DNA of 32,033 nt, taken from Chthoniobacterales bacterium (GTDB taxonomy: Bacteria; Verrucomicrobiota; Verrucomicrobiia; Chthoniobacterales; Chthoniobacteraceae). The notes under the pieces are model-generated. The model did no database searches. It was given only the letters and a program-made list of their open reading frames with translations, and was not told the origin of the DNA. A program made the translations under genes and the position numbers. The DNA lies in the NCBI GenBank assembly GCA_038326125.1, contig JBBQJR010000001.1:1-32033 (forward strand), given 5' to 3'. Each line of letters starts with the position of its first letter. Within the stretch, counting starts at the first letter, position 1. Shown one piece after another: positions 7,014 through 15,858 of this stretch.

Positions 7014-9398
7014 CTATTTTTCCACCGTGAAAATGAGCACGTATCGCTGCGGGACGAACTGCGCGTAGGTGGAAAATTTGAACCCGTAGTGCGTGAGCTG
7101 CGCGATGAGCATTTCCTTCGCGATGCGCGGGCCATAGTAGCCGCCGGCCTTGTCGGGCAGCGGCATATTGTCGGCGATGACGAGCTTGCCGCCGGGCTTG
7201 AGCGCCTTGCGCAGGCTGCCGACGAAGCCGTCCTTCACATACTCGATCGAATTCACGTAGGTCGCGTGGTAGAGCGAGCAGAGGAAGGCCATGTCAATCG
7301 AGTTTTCCGGCAGCGTGGCGTCGTTTTCCTTCGAGAGGACGGTCTTCACATTCGTGATGCCCGCGGCCGTGGCGGAGCGGTGCAGATTTTCGAGCTGATC
7401 CTTCACGAGGTCCAACGCGAGCACACTGCCGGTTTTGCCAACCATGTCTGCGAATTTGAACGTGAAATATCCCGCGCCGCTGCCGACATCGGCGATGGTC
7501 TGGCCGGGCTTGATGTCGAGGGCGCCGAGCATTTGATCCGTGTGCTCCCATTCGCCGCGGCGCGGGTTCATGAAGACGAGGTATTCCCACCACTCGATGA
7601 GCGTGTCCGAACTGATGTCGAGCGGCAGCAGCGGATACGGCGCGGGGAGCGCGTCCTCGAGTTCGGTCTGTTTCTCCTCGGCGAGGACCACCGGCCCGCC
7701 CTTGTTGGCGTTGCGCGTCGCCGTGAGCGTCCGCGGGGAGGACGGCGTGAGCGCTTCCGCGATGAGCACGCCGAGGCCTTTCTCACGCTCCAATTCTTTT
7801 TTACTCAGATCTTCGAGGATGGGTTTCAGCTCTTCGAGGACGTACTTGTTTTTGAGATACGTCGTCAGCCTTTTGAAATCGTCGCCGGCAAAAAATGCGA
7901 CGTAGTCCGCGACGAGCGGATTCGGGATCAGCTTCGCGCGCTCCGCCTCGGGCGTGAGCGCGTAGTCGCAGAACCATTGCAGAGCGGAGTACTCGTCGCC
8001 GATGCGCTCCTTCGGGATGAGCGGGGTGTAAAGTTCGCGCGCGGCTTTCAATTTCACCGCGTCCTTTTTGCGCAGCGCCTCAAGCATCGCCTCGGCAGCG
8101 GCGCGGCCCGCATTCGTGTAGGTCGCGGAGGTGCCGGGAAGCTGCGCTCGGAGCAGCGAGCGCTGCGAGAGCACGCGGATTTTTCCGGCGTCGCCATCCA
8201 CGATCTCGGCGATGCCGGGGGTGGCAGGGATTTTGTGCAGGTCATGCACGACGATGCCGCCCTCGGGGATGCTGAGCTTCGGAGCGTCTGGCACCTTTGC
8301 CCCAGCCGCCGGCGCGTCGGCGCGCAATTTGAAAGTGAGCATGTAACGCTGCGGAATGAACTGGTGCGTGCCGACGAGTTCAAAGCCCATGTGCCGGAAC
8401 TGGCTGATGATCAGTTCGCGCGCGATGTATGGGCCGTGGTAGGGGAGCTTGCCCTCGACCGGGCCGTTGTCCACGAGGACGAAACGCGCGCCGGGATTCA
8501 TGATGGCCTTCACGCTGCCGATCATCTCGGCGCGCTCCTCGTCGGTCATGATCGCGTAGAGATTGTGGTAGAGCGAGCACATGAAAATGAGGTCCACTTT
8601 CTCCGGCACGCCGATGTTTCCCTCGCGCGGCATGACGGGCACGACGTTCGGGATGTGCAAATCGCCGATCACTTTTTTCAGGTAAATGAGGTGATCGTTG
8701 TTGTTGTCGATCGCGAAAACTTTTCCGGTCGGCCCGACGAGCTTCGCAAACTGGAAGGAAAAATAGCCGGGGCCGCTGCCGATGTCGGCGACCTTCTCGC
8801 CCGGCTTCAGCTCGAGCGCGGCGATCATCTTGCTCGTCTTCTCCCAAGCCTCGCGGCGCGGATTTGCAAAGAGGATGAAGTCCTCCATGAAGCGGCTGCG
8901 AGTCGCGGAATCCGGATCCTGTTTTGCACCGGGGATTTCGTCGAGGTGATATTTGCTGCGGATGAATTCGCGGAAGTTCTTCCAGTTGTCCGCCGCGAGA
9001 AAATTGCGGAAACTGCGGACGAATGGGTCGGCGAGGAACTCGTCGTTGCGCACATGCTCCGGCGCGAGTTCGCATTCCATGAGCCACTGGAGCGCGGTGT
9101 ACTCGCCGCCGAAATTTTCATCCGGAATGATGCGCGCGTAAATCGTGATCGCGTTTTTTGCCGCACCGCGATCACCTTTTTCCAAGAAATCAAGGATGCT
9201 GCGCGCAGCATCCTTCCCGCCTTGCGTGACGTCGAAAGAATCCAAACTGCCCAAGTGGATGAGCGAGGATTTCGAAGTGACATTGATGACCGTGTCCGCC
9301 GACACCGCGGTTTTTTCGTCGGCAAATCCGACGGAGGGAACCAAGGCGAGAACGGCGAGGAAGGAGAAGAGCGGACGGCGAAACGCCACGGTTTTCAT
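7014..9398 (-). CDS. Sec-exported protein made of two tandem modules, each a helical domain plus a class I SAM-dependent methyltransferase
   Basis: The ATG at 9396-9398 gives MKTVAFRRPLFSFLAVLALVPSVGFA/DE (signal peptide). Module 1 has LKPGEKVADIGSGPGYFSFQFAKLVGPTGKVFAID ... FIPQRYMLTFKL. Module 2 has IKPGQTIADVGSGAGYFTFKFADMVGKTGSVLALD ... FVPQRYVLIFTVEK. The upstream helical parts are also paralogous (GGEYTALQWLMECELAPE versus GDEYSALQWFCDYALTPE). Confidence 0.85.
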   Translation of the reverse strand: MKTVAFRRPLFSFLAVLALVPSVGFADEKTAVSADTVINVTSKSSLIHLGSLDSFDVTQGGKDAARSILDFLEKGDRGAAKNAITIYARIIPDENFGGEYTALQWLMECELAPEHVRNDEFLADPFVRSFRNFLAADNWKNFREFIRSKYHLDEIPGAKQDPDSATRSRFMEDFILFANPRREAWEKTSKMIAALELKPGEKVADIGSGPGYFSFQFAKLVGPTGKVFAIDNNNDHLIYLKKVIGDLHIPNVVPVMPREGNIGVPEKVDLIFMCSLYHNLYAIMTDEERAEMIGSVKAIMNPGARFVLVDNGPVEGKLPYHGPYIARELIISQFRHMGFELVGTHQFIPQRYMLTFKLRADAPAAGAKVPDAPKLSIPEGGIVVHDLHKIPATPGIAEIVDGDAGKIRVLSQRSLLRAQLPGTSATYTNAGRAAAEAMLEALRKKDAVKLKAARELYTPLIPKERIGDEYSALQWFCDYALTPEAERAKLIPNPLVADYVAFFAGDDFKRLTTYLKNKYVLEELKPILEDLSKKELEREKGLGVLIAEALTPSSPRTLTATRNANKGGPVVLAEEKQTELEDALPAPYPLLPLDISSDTLIEWWEYLVFMNPRRGEWEHTDQMLGALDIKPGQTIADVGSGAGYFTFKFADMVGKTGSVLALDLVKDQLENLHRSATAAGITNVKTVLSKENDATLPENSIDMAFLCSLYHATYVNSIEYVKDGFVGSLRKALKPGGKLVIADNMPLPDKAGGYYGPRIAKEMLIAQLTHYGFKFSTYAQFVPQRYVLIFTVEK

Positions 9399-9623
9399 AG
9401 GTAAAAATTTTCGGCGCGGGAGAGTGGACGCGCCGATGCCGGGATGCAATCGCAACCTCACATCCCCCCTATTCGCAGCGGCGGAAACCCCAAGTTTGAA
9501 CAGAAGCGTGTCGTGAAAACTCGCTGCAGAAACGACTCAGCCGTGACCCGAAGGTGCGCTCGGAGGTGCAAATCTGCGCGAACTTCCGCCCGCGCCTACG
9601 GACGGAAGCGGCGCTCGCCGCAG

Positions 9624-11135
9624 TTAGAACAGCGACTGGTTGAGATACGGATTCAACGGCCCCTCGGCGTAATCTTCCCGCGGATACGGGATGAAATCGG
9701 TGTTGTGGAACTGCTGCGCGACTTCGTCGGCGAAGAACGCTCCGAGCGTGGTGACGCCGATGGCGCGTTCCGTTTCATACACGAGTCCGTGCGCCTTGAG
9801 CGCGTCGATCTTGCCGCGGAAAACTTCGTCCATCGGCAGGCCGGTGAGACGGCGGTAATTCGCCATGCGCACGTTGCGGTTTTTGATCGGCAAGACGATG
9901 GCCCAGCGCGCCTGATCGTCGGCGTTGCGCCGGTAGCCGCGGTTGATCGGCAGATGTCCGCTCTCGATGGACGAGTAGTATTCGTCGAAGTTCTGCGTGC
10001 AGAGCGCGAAGCGGTCGCGCAGGCTGCTGAACGCGGTTAAGCCAATCCCGATCTGGTCGAACTGCACGCAGCACTGGTTGTGCGCGTACACCGAATAGTC
10101 GCCCCGACGGCGCGAGAAGACGCGGCGCAGGTTTTCGGTGTAGCCGTAGTGGTTCAGCATGAGGATGGCCGCCTGCTTCATGATGAACTGCGTCTCGTTG
10201 TCGGGATATTCCTCCGGTTTGTTGTTGACGTAGTTTTTCACCGCGCCCTGGTGGTCGCCGTAAGCCTCGACCTTCAGACGATAGAGCTGAATCTCATGCA
10301 CACCGAGCTGGCAGGCTTCCTCGATCACGTCGAGCCAGTTGTCCACAGTCTGTCCGGGGTAGCCGAAAATGAACTCGATGTTGACCATGAAGCCCGCATC
10401 CAGCGTCTCGCGAATCGCCTGCAGCGCCTCGTTCTTGCCGTGGTGGCGGCCCATTTTCTTGAGGATGGACATGTTCAGCGATTGCACGCCGATGGTCAGC
10501 CGGTCCACGCCGTATTCGCGCATGAGCGCAAGGCGCTTTTCGCCATCGGGACCGATGAGCGTGTTCGGATCGACGTCATAGTTAAACTGACGGCAAATCG
10601 AGAGGTCCACGCGCTCGACGAAGCCGACGAGAAACCGCTCAAACTGATCCGTGGTGAGGAACGTCGGCGTGCCCCCGCCGACGAGGACCGAGCGCGCCTT
10701 GATGCGATCCACGCCGAGGCGGTCGCGCCAGATATCCGTCTCCTTCATGAAGGCGTTGATGTATTTCTGCTTCTCGTCCACCTGCGGGCCGAGTTTCACG
10801 GGATAGTGGCAGAAGACGCAGTGCGAATTGCAAAACGGCACGTGCGCATACACATCCACCGCGCCATCGGCGGGCAGCGTGTAGCCTTCGAGCAGCTCGT
10901 CGTCGCTCATCGGCGGATACATCGTGATCGGCGGATAGTGGACGGACGGGTAAAAATCGCCACGCTTGTTCACGAGGCCGGCGTCGCGCACGCGGTGGAA
11001 ATCCTCCAGCCGCTCCTTCGCCTTTTCCACGAGCGCGGCGCGGTCGAGCGGGCCAGCGTCCCACGTCGGCGGAAGTTCGTGAGGCGCGAGGAGCTTGGGG
11101 TTGATGGCTGTGGGGTCGAGCAGTGCTGCGTTCAT
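9624..11135 (-). CDS. Radical SAM protein of the HemN/HemW/class C methyltransferase-like family
   Basis: HVPFCNSHCVFCHYP (CxxxCxxC, 10809-10832), VLVGGGTPTFL and a long HemN_C-like C-terminal region. The ATG is at 11133-11135. Confidence 0.85.
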   Translation of the reverse strand: MNAALLDPTAINPKLLAPHELPPTWDAGPLDRAALVEKAKERLEDFHRVRDAGLVNKRGDFYPSVHYPPITMYPPMSDDELLEGYTLPADGAVDVYAHVPFCNSHCVFCHYPVKLGPQVDEKQKYINAFMKETDIWRDRLGVDRIKARSVLVGGGTPTFLTTDQFERFLVGFVERVDLSICRQFNYDVDPNTLIGPDGEKRLALMREYGVDRLTIGVQSLNMSILKKMGRHHGKNEALQAIRETLDAGFMVNIEFIFGYPGQTVDNWLDVIEEACQLGVHEIQLYRLKVEAYGDHQGAVKNYVNNKPEEYPDNETQFIMKQAAILMLNHYGYTENLRRVFSRRRGDYSVYAHNQCCVQFDQIGIGLTAFSSLRDRFALCTQNFDEYYSSIESGHLPINRGYRRNADDQARWAIVLPIKNRNVRMANYRRLTGLPMDEVFRGKIDALKAHGLVYETERAIGVTTLGAFFADEVAQQFHNTDFIPYPREDYAEGPLNPYLNQSLF

Positions 11136-11186
11136 AGGGCGGTAGGATTCTTTGTTTGGGGAAGGTTGCGGAAAAGGTGGGGAAAG

Positions 11187-12236
11187 TTAAATCAGCGGCG
11201 CTTTGCCGAAGCGCAGGTCCGTTTTGCCGACCATGTCTTCGCAGCGCGCAAAGCCGGGCGAGCAGCGGTCCGTGGAATAGATCGGGAACAGCTTTTTGAA
11301 CTGCTCGGGCGTGCCATCGTGAATCGTCACGGTGTTCGCGCCGGCCATCAGTCCGAAAACCTGTCCGCCCGGCTTGCCCCGCTCGAGGCAGCTCGTTGTG
11401 GGCATCAGCCGCTTCGGATACATGATGCGCATGAGGGCCATTTGGTTGAGCGCGATTTCCACATCGCCCATCGGCTGGTCGTGGTAGTTGCACATTTCGC
11501 CGGGGATGAAAACGGTGCAGCTCATCATCGAGAGATCGAATTTCCCGAGCAGTTCAATGTCATCAATCACGTCGTCGAGCGACTGCCCAGGCATGCCGAC
11601 CATGTTGCCGGTGCCGACTTTGTAGCCGATGTCCACGAGATCCTGCAGGCAGGCGAGGCGCTGGTCGAGCGTGTCGCTCGGCTTCCAAGTCGAGTAGAGC
11701 GACGGGCTCGACGATTCAAATTTCAGGATGTAGCGGTCCGCACCCGCTTCCTTCAGCCGGACGTATTGGTCGTGGCTGAGATTGCCCATGCACAGGATGA
11801 TTTCGAGATCCACGTGGCGCCGCTTGATTTCCGTGCAGCACTTCGCGGCGTAATTGACGAACGTATCCGAGTCGTTTTCGCCTGACTGCAGCAGGATCAC
11901 CCGGCGGCCCATCGAGTATAAAAAGTCCACCTGCTCCATCAGCGGATCCATCTTGATCACGTAGCGCTTCAGCTTCGATTCCTTGGCCATGCTGCAGTAG
12001 TTGCAGCTCTGCTGGCAGACATTCGAAAGCTCGATCACGCTGCGCGTCTCGACCTCTTTCGCGGGCCAAACGGCATCGCGCCGCTGCCGAGCCAGCGCAA
12101 ACAGCTCTGCCTGCTGCGCCCCCCTCGCCAAGAGGCCTCGCCGGAGCGTCTCTCTCGAAAAATTTCCGGCCGAAAGCGCTGCCACCAGCGGCTGTGTCGT
12201 GCCAACAGTTTCGTCTTTAGTCAGGGTGGTGATCAT
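11187..12236 (-). CDS. Radical SAM protein of the HydE/PylB/BioB-like family
   Basis: IELSNVCQQSCNYCSM (CxxxCxxC, 11994-12017), VILLQSGEN, EAGADRYILKFESS and GTGNMVGMPGQS. A GGAGG lies 8-12 nt upstream of the ATG at 12234-12236. Confidence 0.85.
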   Translation of the reverse strand: MITTLTKDETVGTTQPLVAALSAGNFSRETLRRGLLARGAQQAELFALARQRRDAVWPAKEVETRSVIELSNVCQQSCNYCSMAKESKLKRYVIKMDPLMEQVDFLYSMGRRVILLQSGENDSDTFVNYAAKCCTEIKRRHVDLEIILCMGNLSHDQYVRLKEAGADRYILKFESSSPSLYSTWKPSDTLDQRLACLQDLVDIGYKVGTGNMVGMPGQSLDDVIDDIELLGKFDLSMMSCTVFIPGEMCNYHDQPMGDVEIALNQMALMRIMYPKRLMPTTSCLERGKPGGQVFGLMAGANTVTIHDGTPEQFKKLFPIYSTDRCSPGFARCEDMVGKTDLRFGKAPLI

Positions 12237-12397
12237 CTCGTCAATCCTCCGTTGTTGGGTTGGTTTTGTAAAGATTCAGTTAAGCGCGGGCAGATTTCAA
12301 GAACGAAATGTGAAAAGAGTGTAACACCGACTTGAACAGATCAGACGCCTCAACAGTCGAGCTCATTTGGAATCTCCCGCCACTAAAAACGCGGCGC

Positions 12398-13294
12398 TCA
12401 TGCGTTGCAAAGCACGACCACGCCAGCGAGCGCGGTCAGTGTGCCCACGATTTGCACCGGGGTGATTTTTTCTTTCAGCAAAAGCGCCGCCAGCGGCAGC
12501 ACGAACACCGGTTCGAGCGAGTTCAGCGTGTTCGCGATTGCCACATCCACATGGCGAATCGCGAGCAGTGACAGCCAGAATCCGCCGAAAGTCACCACCG
12601 CCACCGCGAACAAAAACGGCCCCGCGAGACCCGCCGTCCTCCCCTCGGCAAACCACGCCCGCAGGCGCCCCGTGCATACTCCCACCAGCGCGATGCCGGC
12701 CGCTCCGGCGAGCATCCGCACGCAGGTCGCCTGCATGGTCTGCTGCATCGTTTCCGCCGCGCCGCTATCGAGCCCTTGCTTCGCAAAAATTACCGACACC
12801 GCCATGCACGCGACCGAAAGCAGGCCGAGCACGATGCCCCGCGTCCGCGAACGCTGACGGTCGCCGGAAAGATTCGCCCACAGCACGATCGCCACGCCCG
12901 TGAGCACGCACGCGATTCCCAGCCACGCCCGCGGCGTCGGCCGCTCGCCGAGCCAGACGAGCGCGAGCAGCGCCGTGGCGACTTGGCCGACCATCATCAG
13001 CACCACCAGCGTCTGCGGCCCGAGATGCTGCAGCGCGGCAAAAAACAGCGTGTCCCCCAGCGCAATGCCCACCAACCCGCTCGCCACCAGCATCCCCAGA
13101 TCGTGTGTGGCGATAGTCGTGAAGCCGAGAAAAACCAGCGCGATCCCAAGCAGGACGACGCTCACCACCGCCTTCAGCAGCGTCATCGCCAGCGGCGACA
13201 TGCTTTCCCCGATGCGTTTGAAAAGAATCGCCCCGAGCGCCCAGGAAGCAGCCGAACCCAAGGCCGCCCCGATGCCGATCGCCGCTGAAGTCAT
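12398..13294 (-). CDS. EamA/DMT-superfamily transporter
   Basis: 298 aa, almost entirely hydrophobic helices, with two EamA-type halves (for example LVWLGERPTPRAWLGIACVLTGV and LLLKEKITPVQIVGTLTALAGVV). The start is an ATG at 13292-13294. Confidence 0.85.
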   Translation of the reverse strand: MTSAAIGIGAALGSAASWALGAILFKRIGESMSPLAMTLLKAVVSVVLLGIALVFLGFTTIATHDLGMLVASGLVGIALGDTLFFAALQHLGPQTLVVLMMVGQVATALLALVWLGERPTPRAWLGIACVLTGVAIVLWANLSGDRQRSRTRGIVLGLLSVACMAVSVIFAKQGLDSGAAETMQQTMQATCVRMLAGAAGIALVGVCTGRLRAWFAEGRTAGLAGPFLFAVAVVTFGGFWLSLLAIRHVDVAIANTLNSLEPVFVLPLAALLLKEKITPVQIVGTLTALAGVVVLCNA

Positions 13295-13395
13295 CGCGAC
13301 AAAGTCCCCCCGGCGGCAATTTGACCCATGCCTTAATTGGTAAGTTGCAGACTTGTTCTCACGCCTTAGTTGTCTCAGTGGCTTGGCCGACTGAC

Positions 13396-15663
13396 TTAGA
13401 ACCTAAGCTCCATGCCCACACTGACGCCGTGCGCAAAGAAGTCCGTCGTATTGGAGAGGCGCGACGGGCTCGTCGTGCTCACGCGCGGGTCCGCTTGGTT
13501 AAAGGTCTGTCCTTTGGGAATCTCGCGATTTATCTCATTACCCGGTCGCATCACATTGCTGTAGTAGAGAAAGTCGTAGGCCAGCGTCGCCCGCAACCGC
13601 GGCGACAGCGCATAGCCAATCTTAATCTGCGCTTCCGGCACCACCGCAAACTTATCCGACGAAGTGCGCCCCTCATTCGCAGGCTGCGCAAAAACGCCCT
13701 GCGTCCCCGTGGCATAGGGCGCGCTGAAATTGATCGAATAAAACCCGCCGGCCACATTTTGTATTTCATGGCTCACACCGAGCGACACCCGCGCCGTCAC
13801 ATCCACCGAGAGCCGGCCGGTCGAGTAACTCTCGCGCAGTCCCAGCGTCCCGCCGATGAACTCGTTTTTCGTCGAAAATCCATCCGTCACCACGCCAAAC
13901 TGCCCCCGGTAAAACCCCGACACTCCTTGGATTTGCGCGGTCAGGTTTAGGCTCTCACTGAGTTGCACGTAACGTACTCCCGCCAAGGCCGACAGTTCCC
14001 ACGACGGCTTGCGGTACAGACTAATGACCCCATTTAACTCCGCGCCCCATAGCTCCAGCTTATTCACCACCAACGCCGCACCGGCGATAACTCCGCTGCC
14101 GCGCGAGCGCGCCGGATCATTCGGCAGGGAGTAAGGCAGGCTGTCCTCGCCGGCGCGCACGGTCATGGTTCCGATCGTGTAGGGAATGCTGTTATAGACC
14201 GGAATGCCGAGCACCGGATTGCCAGTGTCATCGCCGTGCGAACCATAGCCTGCACTTTGTTGCTGCAAGGCAAATGCGCTCGCCTCCACGCCGAATTTGT
14301 GGTCGTCGCCGAAGGAATAGCCAAGCTTCAGCCTCAGGCCCGAGAAATTTTGAAACCGCTGATTGTCGTCCCCGCCCTGCGCCGGCGCGTGCGGTGCACC
14401 GTAGAGCACCGTGGAGTCCGCTCCATTTTGCGCCGGCACGCCGAGCAGTCCGTGATGCGTCGTCGCCACCGGCCCCGCCGAGATCAGCGGGATGGAAAGT
14501 GGCGCGTCCTTCACCCACCACATGAGATATTCCGCACCGCCGTAAAATCTCGAGGTCGGTGCCGGCGCCCACATCGGTGCCGCATCGGGACCGCTGACCA
14601 CGGACTTATAAGACTTATGCGCGGATGTCGGACTTCCCGCCTTCTCCGCGCCCGGACCAAACATCCAGGTAAGGCCCGCCCGCAGCCGGGGCCCCGGCAC
14701 GGCCTGCAATCCGCTGTTCGAGATACTTACCGGAAAATCGACGCCGATGTGCGCGGTCAGCCGGTCCTTCCAAGTGTAGGTCAGCTTCGGTCCAAAATAG
14801 ACAACCGTGAACCCCGTCGAATCCACCGGCTGATCCTTGTAAGTATCCGATCCCTTGTGTTCGCCCGAAATGGCCGCCTCCAACGCCAGCTTATAGGAAG
14901 GGTCGGAAAGCAGGAAGTAACCCGGCCCGCCGTCCCAAGTCGTGTCATTGGCAAACCTATAGCCATAGTCGCCCTCCGTGCAGATGGCATACTGCACCGA
15001 AGCATTGAAAAACGCGCGGTTGTGCGAGTAACGAAAGCTCGTGCCGAGGCGCGCATCAAAGGACCCGCTGCCAAGGGTAAGATCATAGCCGTGGATGGCG
15101 CTTTCCGCTGAGTTATTCCCGTGCGTATGCCCGTGCGTCGTGCCAAAGGAATCCAAAAGCGCACTGAGCCGCCTCGTCTCATCCGCAAGCTGCGAAGTAT
15201 CTCCCGTCGGAAACTTCAGCCCGCCCAGCAGGCTCCAAGTAAAGGAACTGTCCGCCGTGTCCTTGCGCAAAAGCAGCAGCCTCCCGACGAGGATCGCATC
15301 TCCGAGCCCCGATTCACTCCCCTGCTCGGTCCCGGTGTCACTTGGCCGGCGGAAGGTCCGGTGGATGTATGGAATATTCGCCTGCAGGCTAAAATGGTCG
15401 TTGAAGTTATATCCGAGGATGAACTGCGTGGTCGAACTCTCCAGACTCTGATTCGCCACGTTCGGAATCTCGCGCCCGTCAAGTTGCAGGCTGCCAAAGC
15501 TCGTGAACTGCTCCGCCGCCCCGGTGAACCAACTCCCCGCCGCCCCGCCGCCGGGATGGTCTCCCGTGTAAATCGCGCACAGTTCGCAAGCCTCCGCCCG
15601 CTGCATCCCTCCCGCCAGCACCAGCGCCGCCGCGCCGAGAATCCCGCCCGCCAGCGCTTTCAT
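13396..15663 (-). CDS. Outer-membrane protein fusing an N-terminal MetA/phenol-degradation-like barrel to a C-terminal BBP7-like barrel
   Basis: The ATG at 15661-15663 gives MKALAGGILGAAALVLAGGMQRAEA (signal peptide). The N-terminal half has GLGDAILVGRLLLL...LLGGLKFPTGDTS and LTLGSGSFDARLG. The C-terminal half has FYGGAEYLMWWVKDAPLSIPLIS...GLRLKLGY. The protein ends in the aromatic terminus VGMELRF. Confidence 0.75.
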   Translation of the reverse strand: MKALAGGILGAAALVLAGGMQRAEACELCAIYTGDHPGGGAAGSWFTGAAEQFTSFGSLQLDGREIPNVANQSLESSTTQFILGYNFNDHFSLQANIPYIHRTFRRPSDTGTEQGSESGLGDAILVGRLLLLRKDTADSSFTWSLLGGLKFPTGDTSQLADETRRLSALLDSFGTTHGHTHGNNSAESAIHGYDLTLGSGSFDARLGTSFRYSHNRAFFNASVQYAICTEGDYGYRFANDTTWDGGPGYFLLSDPSYKLALEAAISGEHKGSDTYKDQPVDSTGFTVVYFGPKLTYTWKDRLTAHIGVDFPVSISNSGLQAVPGPRLRAGLTWMFGPGAEKAGSPTSAHKSYKSVVSGPDAAPMWAPAPTSRFYGGAEYLMWWVKDAPLSIPLISAGPVATTHHGLLGVPAQNGADSTVLYGAPHAPAQGGDDNQRFQNFSGLRLKLGYSFGDDHKFGVEASAFALQQQSAGYGSHGDDTGNPVLGIPVYNSIPYTIGTMTVRAGEDSLPYSLPNDPARSRGSGVIAGAALVVNKLELWGAELNGVISLYRKPSWELSALAGVRYVQLSESLNLTAQIQGVSGFYRGQFGVVTDGFSTKNEFIGGTLGLRESYSTGRLSVDVTARVSLGVSHEIQNVAGGFYSINFSAPYATGTQGVFAQPANEGRTSSDKFAVVPEAQIKIGYALSPRLRATLAYDFLYYSNVMRPGNEINREIPKGQTFNQADPRVSTTSPSRLSNTTDFFAHGVSVGMELRF

Positions 15664-15858
15664 CCCGGCTCTACCGTCCGACTGCGAAACTCTCGCGGCA
15701 CCGCTCGGGCACCGGACATTTTGGGATGCGGGCCGGACGAGGCCAGGGGGGATGGAGGAACATTTGGGTCGCATGAGCGCGCACAGTATTTTCGGTCTTC
15801 ACGAATGCAATTGGCAATGTGAGCGCGGGCTCCCAAAAATAAGTTCCCCGCGTTTTGC

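Noticed and set aside
9624-11135. Radical-SAM genes acting as an anaerobic sulfatase-maturating enzyme for the sulfatase at 23914
   Set aside because: Neither protein has the extra SPASM-type Cys clusters of anSME. They are also 13 kb away on the other strand.
11187-12236. Calling the HydE-like radical-SAM gene hydE (hydrogenase maturase)
   Set aside because: No hydA, hydF or hydG lies nearby. The HydE/PylB/BioB branch cannot be resolved by eye, so I kept the call at family level.
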